Shown here piece by piece: positions 16,506 through 25,185 of a stretch of 64,000 nt of DNA; the first letter of the stretch is position 1; each line of letters starts with the position of its first letter. The stretch lies in IMG/VR virus record IMGVR_UViG_3300021185_003947. The stretch is one strand, 5' to 3'. The translations under genes were made by a program, and so were the position numbers. The notes under the pieces were generated by a model that saw only the letters and a list, made by a program, of their open reading frames with translations, had not been told where the DNA came from and made no database searches. Source of the DNA: a virus. Its lineage: Duplodnaviria; Caudoviricetes.

Positions 16506-17525
16506 TTAATTTTGTTTATGAATTGTACAGTGATGCACATCAATTCTATGATGATCTTTATCACCATTTGAGTCTATCACAGTGTGATAATGATGTGTAG
16601 TATGCGAGTATTTTAAATGTGTTCCAGGTGGAAGTACCGTTTCTGCTTCAGCAGCATGTTTGTTACCTTCTACACCACTCATATGAATACCTTTATCACT
16701 AGCTTTTGCGTCAACGTGAATCATATGTTTGGTTGTTTTACCTACATTTTCATTATCTGTATTTTTATTTAAAGGGAAAAACTGTGTACTATCATGTCCA
16801 GAATGAACTGCAAATCCAGCGCCAGTGTGCACATCATGAGTAGTGGAAATATGAGCTGGAGAATGAACAACGCCATCAGTATGTTTTTCAGCATGTTTGA
16901 TAGCTTTTACAAATGAAGGATGAACACCAGAATAAAGATGTACCCTATGGCCAATAGGTTTAGCTGCGGTTTTAAGATGATCTGCGGCGTCTTTATCTTG
17001 ACCAACAAGTGCATGTGGATGGTATTCACCCAACTTTTTATTTTCTGTCTTAAGTTTATGCTTAGTTATAAAATGTTGAGCTATATGACTAGATGCCCAT
17101 TTTTTACCATCGCCAACTGTGTCAGATTTTCCAGCTGTAAAATGACGAAAAGCTTTGTGTTGCGATGGTGTCATTTTTTGTTCAAGTTTACTTGATAAAG
17201 AGCCTACTTCTTCTATGTCAGATCCGCGATGTGATGTGCTGAGTTCATGACCAGTTTCACCAAAGATATTCTTATTCATCTGAACATCATCAATATGTGT
17301 TCTTTTTTTATTATCATGTAAGTCATCACGAGCCTCGTGATGTTTATGATCGACCCGTTTTTCTTTTTTTGCCTGCTTAAAACCGGTAGTATCAAATCCT
17401 TCAAATATACCTCTTTCAATTCTTTTTGTTCTAGGAGTTTTGTCACCTATAGCTTTGCTGAGAGTAACCACACCATTGCTCATATAAAAACCTTCATCTT
17501 TTATGAATGATCCAAATCTTTCCAT
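16506..17525 (-). CDS. His-rich ADP-ribosyltransferase-like (VIP2/Alt fold) protein
   Basis: HLYSGV / HISTTHD / EAETVLPPG; conserved Arg replaced by Ser. Confidence 0.65.
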   Translation of the reverse strand: MERFGSFIKDEGFYMSNGVVTLSKAIGDKTPRTKRIERGIFEGFDTTGFKQAKKEKRVDHKHHEARDDLHDNKKRTHIDDVQMNKNIFGETGHELSTSHRGSDIEEVGSLSSKLEQKMTPSQHKAFRHFTAGKSDTVGDGKKWASSHIAQHFITKHKLKTENKKLGEYHPHALVGQDKDAADHLKTAAKPIGHRVHLYSGVHPSFVKAIKHAEKHTDGVVHSPAHISTTHDVHTGAGFAVHSGHDSTQFFPLNKNTDNENVGKTTKHMIHVDAKASDKGIHMSGVEGNKHAAEAETVLPPGTHLKYSHTTHHYHTVIDSNGDKDHHRIDVHHCTIHKQN

Positions 17526-18391
17526 TATTTACTTTCGTTATGTGATTTAAAATGATTGAATATATGAGTGTTGCCATCCTCATCAGTATGGCGTGTAGTT
17601 TTAAAATGTTTGTGGTGAGAACCTGGCTTTATACCAAATTCTTCTTCTTCTTTCATATTACTATGAGGTTGCATATGTAATACTTCGTCGTCAGGATGTG
17701 TATGATAGACATTATAATAATGTGTATTTGATTTATCTGATTTTTTATTTTCAGCAAAAGCTTTAGCAATAGATAATTTTGGTGTAACCGAAGCGTAGCT
17801 TACGTGCTCTATAACGCCGTCTTTAGAATCTTTAAGCGCATTATGTGTTCTCGCGCTGACACCCGCAAATAATTTCACGTGAGTACCTGCTTTTCTAAAA
17901 CCTTTCATTAAATGTGAGTGTTCTTTTTCCCAATGGTCAATATTGTCTTTGTATGGAGTTTTATTACCATTTTTATCTTTTTTAGCTTGACCAAGATGCT
18001 TCCAATGATCTTTTGGAACGGGTTTACCATGTTTTACCATGTGCTTATGAATTAAATGATTATTTAAATTATATGATCCGTTACTATAATTATTTATTGC
18101 TTCTTTTGTTTCTTTAGTAACATCACCAGTGTTTTTTGCTATTTCTTTATGTAATTTTTCGAAATGTTCGCTACCAGCATACATATCACGCCCGCCATGT
18201 CTACGTAACTCGATTTCCATCGGAGCGCCACTTTCAACGTTAGGCTTATAAGACTCTTTGATATTTTTCTTTTTAGATCTATTAATCCTATGATTACCAA
18301 TAGGTTCAAGAATAACTGCTACGCCATCCTTGTTAATATAATAACCCTTGTCTTCTTTTGAATCTTTTGAATACTGTTTAAACGTCTTCAT
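17525..18391 (-). CDS. ADP-ribosyltransferase-like (VIP2/Alt fold) protein
   Basis: AINNYSNGSYNLNNHL, KLFAGV, YASVT, EEEEFGIKPG; start set at MKTFKQY. Confidence 0.65.
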   Translation of the reverse strand: MKTFKQYSKDSKEDKGYYINKDGVAVILEPIGNHRINRSKKKNIKESYKPNVESGAPMEIELRRHGGRDMYAGSEHFEKLHKEIAKNTGDVTKETKEAINNYSNGSYNLNNHLIHKHMVKHGKPVPKDHWKHLGQAKKDKNGNKTPYKDNIDHWEKEHSHLMKGFRKAGTHVKLFAGVSARTHNALKDSKDGVIEHVSYASVTPKLSIAKAFAENKKSDKSNTHYYNVYHTHPDDEVLHMQPHSNMKEEEEFGIKPGSHHKHFKTTRHTDEDGNTHIFNHFKSHNESK

Positions 18392-18455
18392 CGTCATCGT
18401 CATCCCTGCCATATGGATATTTAAAATGAATAGGTTCAAGAATAACTGCTACGCC
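18299..18455. repeat. 27-bp exact direct repeat (18299-18325 and 18429-18455)
   Basis: aataggttcaagaataactgctacgcc, encoding GVAVILEPI on the minus strand in both copies. Confidence 0.95.
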
Positions 18456-18494
18456 GTCGTCATCAATATAAAAGCCTTCATCTTCTTCTTCCAT
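18378..18494 (-). CDS. 38-aa acidic mini-protein (absent from ORF track)
   Basis: MEEEDEGFYIDDDGVAVILEPIHFKYPYGRDDDDEDV*, AGGA RBS, overlaps start of next gene. Confidence 0.65.
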   Translation of the reverse strand: MEEEDEGFYIDDDGVAVILEPIHFKYPYGRDDDDDEDV

Positions 18495-18496
18495 GA

Positions 18497-18730
18497 TTAT
18501 TTTCCTATTTTATCTAAAGTCGCATGAATATCTTTTCTGAGCTGGTCATAACCACTAGGACCATCTAATTCAACATGAGTATTAATATGATTTTTCAACT
18601 CAGCGGCATGCTTTGGAAATCTTTTTATAATAGGTTGCAAAAACTTAGTAGGACTCTGTTTTTTATCATTTGATTCTTTTGCCCTTTTTATAGCAAGCTT
18701 ATCAGCAAATTTACTAAAATATTTAGTCAT
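18497..18730 (-). CDS. Small late protein
   Basis: First gene behind TATAAATA. Confidence 0.7.
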   Translation of the reverse strand: MTKYFSKFADKLAIKRAKESNDKKQSPTKFLQPIIKRFPKHAAELKNHINTHVELDGPSGYDQLRKDIHATLDKIGK

Positions 18731-18764
18731 ATTAAGTCTACCTTTGTATTGCGATATTTTATTC

Positions 18765-18772
18765 TATTTATA
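18765..18772 (-). promoter_or_regulatory. Late promoter
   Basis: TATAAATA at the end of the upstream gene, ~35 nt before ATG 18730. Confidence 0.65.
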
Positions 18773-19028
18773 AGTTTATACCTTTTGTTTTTGCAGAGTC
18801 TATCAACTCTTTTATAAGTCGAAGAGACATTTCAACTTCTTCTTCTTCAAGAAGTCCAAGGCGACCACTATATGCATCAGCAATAAACATATCAGTAATC
18901 TTTTCTGGATCATATTTTGGTTGATGATAACCAGCTAAAAGAGCATGTACACATAGTTCATCTGCGCCAGAAGACGGGACAGGGTTAGTACGTTTAAAGC
19001 TATTAAAAAAATCTTCAAAATCATCCAT
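18768..19028 (-). CDS. Hypothetical protein
   Basis: GAGGA RBS. Confidence 0.65.
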   Translation of the reverse strand: MDDFEDFFNSFKRTNPVPSSGADELCVHALLAGYHQPKYDPEKITDMFIADAYSGRLGLLEEEEVEMSLRLIKELIDSAKTKGINL

Positions 19029-19286
19029 TAATAAATTCCTCCTGGAATAAAGAAGTAATCAATAGCAATCATTACAGCCGCAAGATAGAAGCCATATAAT
19101 ATAACATCAAGTGTATCTAAGTTTTTCATGATTTAACCTTTTCTAAGTTTTTCATTTCGATAAGAGCATGACCTTCACGATGATACTCATTACAAAATTT
19201 AACGGCAGTAGTTTTATTTATATTAGAAGACCATGCGACGAGGGTTTTAACGCCCTCGATCCAGTCATAGCAACGAACTTCATACA

Positions 19287-19795
19287 TTAATAATCTTCCT
19301 CTTCTTCATCCGGAAACCACATATTGTCTTCACAAGAGTTGCACATATGACCATCAAAATGACCTAATTCGTCTCCACATTCTTCGCAAAACCGTTGTTC
19401 TTCTTCTTCGACATCAAACATGCTACAGTTATTTACTTCTGTTTCCAAACCAGGATTATTGATGATATGAAAAAGAGTTTGATCGATAGCGCTTTCAACT
19501 GCTTTTTGAAATGGATCACCATTGTAATTGCCTTCATAAAGACGACCACGTGTAAATGGATAAATTATTTTATGAGTAGTAGCATCGATACAATCGTGGT
19601 TAAGAAGAAAGTTAACAGCACCTGAGCTATTATTTCCCATGCCGTTGTTGTACAACTCATGACCTAAGCGACTAACGCTTCTAATCATTTCGCCTGCTAC
19701 AGTATCAGCTTCACCCATGGCTGGCATTAGATTAGCTAAACGATCATAGTCTGCTTGGTACTTGCCTTTGTTGGCCCAATAAGTATTTTCCATAG
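19287..19795 (-). CDS. Hypothetical early protein with C-terminal CxxC..CxxC
   Basis: Start set at MENTYW (GGAG RBS); CEEC...CNSC. Confidence 0.7.
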
Positions 19796-19817
19796 TATAT
19801 CTCCTTTTGTTAATACC

Positions 19818-19846
19818 TTTATAAACTAGTTTTGACCAATTGTAAA
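19818..19846 (-). promoter_or_regulatory. Early promoter
   Basis: GTTTACA-N17-TATAAA; leader almost identical to 39293-39338. Confidence 0.75.
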
Positions 19847-19911
19847 CAAAAAAATGCACCTAAAGATGCATTTTTTCAATATTAGATAAAAGTGTGATAT
19901 AAATGTTACAG

Positions 19912-20514
19912 TTACTTTACTCCCTTTCTAACTTCAACATTAGCAGAAAGTTTGATTAGTTTAGTATCGGTTGTTCTATTATGAATAACAAATTGAGTGT
20001 CTTTAAATTCTTTGAACATATTAGTCCATATTGGTCTCCAATTTCGAGTTAATCTTTCGGTATTCATATTATCTCTATCAGATGGCAAATATAAATCTGT
20101 GCTTGATGTAATGTCAAAAGCAAAAATAGAATCGAATCCATACATATGAATCTCATCACATTTTAGTTTGTTAGCAGTATAGTGTGTCGCCATATGACCA
20201 CAATTAAAATCTGTATAATTTGCAACATACTTTGGTAGCACTGTATAAAATTCTTTGATCTGAGGAGCATATTTCATATAGAAATCATTTCTCATTTCCA
20301 TCCATTTATTTGGTCTTGCGCCTAATACCCAGTCACCTGGAACAACAACTCCACCATTATGGATAGCCTGCATCATTTTAAAATCAACCATGACTGTTGT
20401 ATATGCATTATTAACTGCCATAGGAGGAAGGTTGCACAAAATTTTCAAACCTTTTGCTGGTTTGTAAAACCCGGCACTTGGACCATTACCAATTATATGT
20501 GCTGTTTTAGTCAT
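19912..20514 (-). CDS. Putative glycosyltransferase (IIGNGPS; GT29/MAF_flag10-like Rossmann fold)
   Basis: HIIGNGPS...EIHMYGFD. Confidence 0.65.
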   Translation of the reverse strand: MTKTAHIIGNGPSAGFYKPAKGLKILCNLPPMAVNNAYTTVMVDFKMMQAIHNGGVVVPGDWVLGARPNKWMEMRNDFYMKYAPQIKEFYTVLPKYVANYTDFNCGHMATHYTANKLKCDEIHMYGFDSIFAFDITSSTDLYLPSDRDNMNTERLTRNWRPIWTNMFKEFKDTQFVIHNRTTDTKLIKLSANVEVRKGVK

Positions 20515-21200
20515 ATGTTCATCAAACTCCTAATCTTATTTTTTCCTTTTTCACCAGTCCAATGTATAGCTTTTTTCTTTATATTATCTTGGCCATCTAA
20601 TATTTGAATTCGTAACCAATTAAATTCATTTGGAAGGTCAGTGATATATATCATTCTCTGTAAAGGATGTTCTCTAAGTATTAAATGAAGAGTTTCTTGA
20701 TCACCGACTGTAGGATTTTGTTCAACTAACTGAGCCCATTGATGCAATATCATTGGAGATCCTTTAAAAGCAACTATGCCAGAATTATGCCAAGTTTCAC
20801 CGCGACGAGCTGACCATGGTTTATCTTCTACCATTGCTAATCTATTCTCTTCTACATAATTAAATACGCTTGACATATTTGTAAGTATTTCAAAATCAGT
20901 ATCAATCCAACAAGTATATTCACATATTTTAGAAGCTTCTAACATTGACTTAGGTTTTTTGAACCAGCCCTTATCAGTAATTTTTGTCATATCAATAATA
21001 TGTTTAATTGGATTAGATGAAGATTTATCTTTTATAGCTTTTAAACAATCCTTTGACACACCAAAATTAGCAAATATTAATGGTGTGTTATTGTGTTTAC
21101 TGTAGTTTTCAAGAAACCATGGTAACATCCATTCAGTTATTTCATCACATCCAGTGAGAAATGCAGTTTTAAATAATGTCATATGCTTCACCATATCCAT
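20511..21200 (-). CDS. GT-A fold glycosyltransferase (GT8-like)
   Basis: WIDTD (DxD), NSGIVAF, GDQETL, EFNWL. Confidence 0.8.
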   Translation of the reverse strand: MDMVKHMTLFKTAFLTGCDEITEWMLPWFLENYSKHNNTPLIFANFGVSKDCLKAIKDKSSSNPIKHIIDMTKITDKGWFKKPKSMLEASKICEYTCWIDTDFEILTNMSSVFNYVEENRLAMVEDKPWSARRGETWHNSGIVAFKGSPMILHQWAQLVEQNPTVGDQETLHLILREHPLQRMIYITDLPNEFNWLRIQILDGQDNIKKKAIHWTGEKGKNKIRSLMNI

Positions 21201-21831
21201 GTTTAGCTAAACAACCTTGCTCTTTTTGAATAGTAGTAAAATTATCCTTTGCTTCGGCTATATATGGATATAGCTCATGTAAAAAATTAAAACGGTCGTT
21301 ATGTATGAATACGTCTGTAGGACTAGCATCTATTTTTGCACGATCAATAAGCGCTTTAGCTGCTTGTGGATTAATTATATAAGCATGTGCTCCAGGTAAA
21401 TATTGCTTAGACATTAATTTGTTTAAACCCAATTTAGATGGTACATTGAACTTACCATATGATGGAGCACCAATTGAAACCAGAACTGGAGCATCCCAAT
21501 GTATTCTCGGCATTATTCCTAATTGACCAGTCATAATAGCATCATGTTCAAAAATAATATACGGTTCATTATTCTCTTCAGCACATTTTTCCCATAGTCT
21601 ATGATGAGAAAGAAATGCTGACATGCATCTATCCGGTCTTGAATATACCTCAGTAAATCCTGCCGGCTTTATTTTCCGGTTTTTTAACATTTTAATCGGT
21701 TTATCTTTTGGAGTAGTAGCTTCAAATAATTCTACATCAATACCATAATAAGCTGCATGTTTAACACAACGTTTTGCGACCTGTAAAGATCTTTTATTAT
21801 CCATTATTGTAATTACATAAGCTTTTATCAT
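21169..21831 (-). CDS. GT25-like glycosyltransferase
   Basis: AYVITI, FLSHHRLWEKC, IIFEHDA, GAHAYIINPQAAKALI. Confidence 0.85.
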   Translation of the reverse strand: MIKAYVITIMDNKRSLQVAKRCVKHAAYYGIDVELFEATTPKDKPIKMLKNRKIKPAGFTEVYSRPDRCMSAFLSHHRLWEKCAEENNEPYIIFEHDAIMTGQLGIMPRIHWDAPVLVSIGAPSYGKFNVPSKLGLNKLMSKQYLPGAHAYIINPQAAKALIDRAKIDASPTDVFIHNDRFNFLHELYPYIAEAKDNFTTIQKEQGCLAKHGYGEAYDII

Positions 21832-21832
21832 A

Positions 21833-22414
21833 TCATTTAATATCTTCTATTTTGTCACATAATTTTAATTCTTTAGCTTCTTCTGCACTTAACCATACAT
21901 CCTGTGGTGGTAGTAAAAAGTCTCTAATTTTCTTTTCATTTAATCCAGTACATTTTCTATAATGATTAATCATTCTTTCAGTTGTAAGTTCCATTTCTTT
22001 AACTCTGGCAAATAGCTCATGTTCTTTACCTATACTACCCCAAGAATATTGATGTGATAAAATTGCGGTGTTGGGCGTAAGAGTTCTACTTCCTTTTTTA
22101 CCTGATATAAAAAGAAGCAGGCCACATGAAGCAATCATTCCAAGGCCAATCGTTTTTACTGGAATAGTCGAAGCTCTCATAACATCAACTAAAGCAAAGC
22201 AAGCATTTAAATCTCCTCCTCTTGAACAAATGCCAAAAGTTAATTCTTTTGCTCTATCTGTTCTTTTCATATTTTCTGATAATATCCAATCAATAATTGG
22301 ACTCATAGTATCCATGGTAACATCACCCATGAAAACCATCATATTATGAGACAAAAGTTGTACTTTAGGCGGTAACGCAGCAACTACAGCTGCTTGAGAA
22401 TTTTCTGCATTCAT
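21833..22414 (-). CDS. clpP: ClpP-like serine protease subunit
   Basis: ICSRGGDLNA, TIGLGMIASCG, ILSHQ, DVWLSAEEAKELKLCDKI. Confidence 0.9.
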   Translation of the reverse strand: MNAENSQAAVVAALPPKVQLLSHNMMVFMGDVTMDTMSPIIDWILSENMKRTDRAKELTFGICSRGGDLNACFALVDVMRASTIPVKTIGLGMIASCGLLLFISGKKGSRTLTPNTAILSHQYSWGSIGKEHELFARVKEMELTTERMINHYRKCTGLNEKKIRDFLLPPQDVWLSAEEAKELKLCDKIEDIK

Positions 22415-22417
22415 ATA

Positions 22418-23278
22418 TTAATAACTCTGTGAGAGCCTCCATTTTAAATATTCTAAACTTTCAATAGGCTCATACTTATCATCTCTACCCATAAGATTCT
22501 TAACCATAGTGCCTGGAGTAGGATCAACAAAGTGCGGCATACTGTATCTAGTCTTATGTATATGGCTATTAACTACACGATGTTTAGTACTTTTAAAATA
22601 ATCATTAGTCCATCGTTGTAATAGGTCGCCAATGTTTACAACAATACCATCATCAGCATATGGTACTGCATGCCATGTGCCTTCAAGGTCTTGTACTTGT
22701 AATCCTGGAACATCATTGATTTGCCAAAGTAGTGTAATAGTTCCATAATCACTATGTTCTCCTATTCGCATTTGACGATCTTCGAGTTTTCCCGTATAAG
22801 CTGGGTAGTGGATAACTCTAGTTGTATTAAAAGGTTTTATATGAGCATCAACTAAAGTAGAACCACATTTTAAAATTTCGTCAAACATAGATAAAATTTT
22901 CAAAGTAAGCCTGTCAGCAATATCCACACTTTGAAGTGCATTTGCTTTAAAGCCATTTAATTCAGTGGGCCAAAGGTGATCTGGCATTCTTTGATTATTA
23001 TAATTGAAACTTTCTTTCATATCCTTCGGAGCAGTGGGATCTACGTTTTCGTCTCCTACAATACTATATCCTAAATTAGTATCGCCCTCATATGGATATT
23101 TGTTCTTTATTTTTTGATCTAATTCGAAGAATGATTTCATTTCGTCAAACCAGCAATTCATATCAGTTTGGTCTTTTGTGTCAAGAGCATTTGTAAATAC
23201 CGCAAAACCTACACTTGTATAAGCATCTTCTATATGTTGTAATGCATATGGGTTTTTCAAATCAATTACAGGTATCAT
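22418..23278 (-). CDS. 2OG-Fe(II) oxygenase, isopenicillin-N-synthase/DIOX family
   Basis: IPVIDL, HSDYGTITLL, VNIGDLLQRWTND..KSTKHRV, RYSMPHF. Confidence 0.93.
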   Translation of the reverse strand: MIPVIDLKNPYALQHIEDAYTSVGFAVFTNALDTKDQTDMNCWFDEMKSFFELDQKIKNKYPYEGDTNLGYSIVGDENVDPTAPKDMKESFNYNNQRMPDHLWPTELNGFKANALQSVDIADRLTLKILSMFDEILKCGSTLVDAHIKPFNTTRVIHYPAYTGKLEDRQMRIGEHSDYGTITLLWQINDVPGLQVQDLEGTWHAVPYADDGIVVNIGDLLQRWTNDYFKSTKHRVVNSHIHKTRYSMPHFVDPTPGTMVKNLMGRDDKYEPIESLEYLKWRLSQSY

Positions 23279-23296
23279 ATATTTTCTCCAAAGTAA

Positions 23297-23316
23297 GGGA
23301 GACCCGAAGGCCTCCC
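23297..23316 (-). terminator. Intrinsic terminator with C(UUCG)G tetraloop
   Basis: GGGAGGCC-TTCG-GGTCTCCC-TTACTTT. Confidence 0.8.
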
Positions 23317-23325
23317 AAAATAATA

Positions 23326-24384
23326 TTAGTTAGGGAATCGAGCAGTAATTCCTTCAACATAATAATTCATACTATTTAGTTCAGCATCAGTAGCTACTTC
23401 ACCAGCTTGAATACGAATTTCGCCTGCTTGATCTTTAATAGGACCAGTAAATGCAAAATACTCACCATCGCTAATTTGTTGCATAACATCTGCAGCCATC
23501 GCTCGAACATTATCTGGCATATTAGTAAATGGTGCCATCATAACAACACCTTCATTCATATGACCAAAATAATCTTCGCTTTCCCACGTACCATCAATAA
23601 CAGCTTGAACCTTACGAATATAGTAAGGTGACCAGTTATCAATAGTAGCAGTCAATTGCGCTTTAGGTGCAAACTTAATTTGGTCAGATGCTTGTCCAAA
23701 ACCAAACTTACCTTGTTGCTCTGCGGCTTGCATAGGAGCCGGTGAATCAGTATGTTGTGCAACCATATCACAACCTTGAGCCATTAGAACTTTGGCAGCA
23801 TCTGATTCTTTTCCTGGATTATACCAAGTATTTACCCAAACAATATCCATCTCAACGTCAGGATTCATTCTACGAGCTCCCATGAAATATGTGTTAATTT
23901 CACGAATTACTTCTGGAATTGGATATGCACCAATATAACAAATCTTATTAGTCTTAGTCATCATTCCAGCAATAATGCCTTGAACATGTCTTGCTTGATA
24001 TAGACGCAATCCATAGCTCGACATATTTTTAGATTGTTTGTATCCAGTTGCATGCTCAAATTTTACATGTGGATAACGATTAGCCATTTTTAGTGTAGCT
24101 TCCATATATCCAAACGAAGTTGTAAAGATAATGTCTGCGCCTTGTAGGACCATAGTATTAATTACTCTTTCGGCATCTGGTCCTTCACTCACACTTTCCA
24201 CAAAAAATGTTTCGACTTGATCACCAAAATGATCTTGTACATCTTGTCTACCAATGTCATGACGATATGTCCATCCATGATCGCCGGTTGGTCCGACATA
24301 TACGAACCCTACTTTAACCTTATCCCCAGCCCATGCGCTTGTTGCTAGCATGGCTGCTGCTACGATTGTTAAAAGTTTTTTCAT
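23326..24384 (-). CDS. BMP-family (PnrA-like) ABC transporter substrate-binding protein
   Basis: Signal peptide; VGFVYVGPTGDHGWTYRHDIGR; IFTTSFGYM; AQHTDSP. Confidence 0.93.
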   Translation of the reverse strand: MKKLLTIVAAAMLATSAWAGDKVKVGFVYVGPTGDHGWTYRHDIGRQDVQDHFGDQVETFFVESVSEGPDAERVINTMVLQGADIIFTTSFGYMEATLKMANRYPHVKFEHATGYKQSKNMSSYGLRLYQARHVQGIIAGMMTKTNKICYIGAYPIPEVIREINTYFMGARRMNPDVEMDIVWVNTWYNPGKESDAAKVLMAQGCDMVAQHTDSPAPMQAAEQQGKFGFGQASDQIKFAPKAQLTATIDNWSPYYIRKVQAVIDGTWESEDYFGHMNEGVVMMAPFTNMPDNVRAMAADVMQQISDGEYFAFTGPIKDQAGEIRIQAGEVATDAELNSMNYYVEGITARFPN

Positions 24385-24410
24385 TTTTGTTTTTCTCTTT
24401 CTTTTTTAAA

Positions 24411-25109
24411 TTAATGTTGAGTGGTTGTACTAGTTAACCCTTGAACTCGTGTATAGAATGTTTTGCTAACGCCTAAATTATCTACTAATTGTTTACACAT
24501 CAAAGCGTCATTTGGCCAAAGGCCGTATTTAAAGACGAGTTCTATCATTTTCTCAGCTCCAGATGGTTTAATTATATATGCTGAGTTTCCAGCCAGTCCT
24601 TGTGGAATATTGAACTCGTCGATAGTTGGAACTGGCTGTATGTCTTTTTTATTCTTTTTTATAATATCATGAAATAATTGAGCGCGGCGAGTTGCACCAA
24701 GAGGATTATTAATACCTATTATATCATATTTTGAATCTAAAAGATACTGGTAATCTAACTTTTTCATAAAAAATGCGTCATGCTCTAAAACTATAATTGG
24801 TTCTTTCTTTTCAAAACATTCTGTCCATAAACGAAAATGTGATACAGCTGCCGCCATTCTTCTTTCTTTAATAGCTGTTGGATACGCTGATTTAACAAGA
24901 CCGGTGGCTATACAACTAACTCTACCTTCCCATGGATAATTCCATACAAGATCCCAATCAATTATTTCTTTTTTAACTGTACTTTCTGTTGATGCATTAA
25001 ATCTTTTTACATTAAAGTCGTTTTTAGCATCTCTACAGCTTTGCCAACATGCATTAAATCCTTTTTCTGAAATTGGATTGTCTTTAACAGTAATGCAAAA
25101 AGCTTTCAT
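24411..25109 (-). CDS. GT25-like glycosyltransferase
   Basis: VSHFRLWTEC, VLEHDA, GNSAYIIKPSGAEKMI. Confidence 0.85.
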   Translation of the reverse strand: MKAFCITVKDNPISEKGFNACWQSCRDAKNDFNVKRFNASTESTVKKEIIDWDLVWNYPWEGRVSCIATGLVKSAYPTAIKERRMAAAVSHFRLWTECFEKKEPIIVLEHDAFFMKKLDYQYLLDSKYDIIGINNPLGATRRAQLFHDIIKKNKKDIQPVPTIDEFNIPQGLAGNSAYIIKPSGAEKMIELVFKYGLWPNDALMCKQLVDNLGVSKTFYTRVQGLTSTTTQH

Positions 25110-25126
25110 TTAATTACCTTTATGGG

Positions 25127-25155
25127 TTTACAATATTGCTTATATGTGGTATAAT
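25127..25155 (+). promoter_or_regulatory. Consensus early-type promoter on the plus (antisense) strand
   Basis: GGGTTTACA-ATATTGCTTATATGTGG-TATAAT. Confidence 0.7.
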
Positions 25156-25185
25156 AAAGAGTATTCTTTAGTAGGGAGGATAGTA

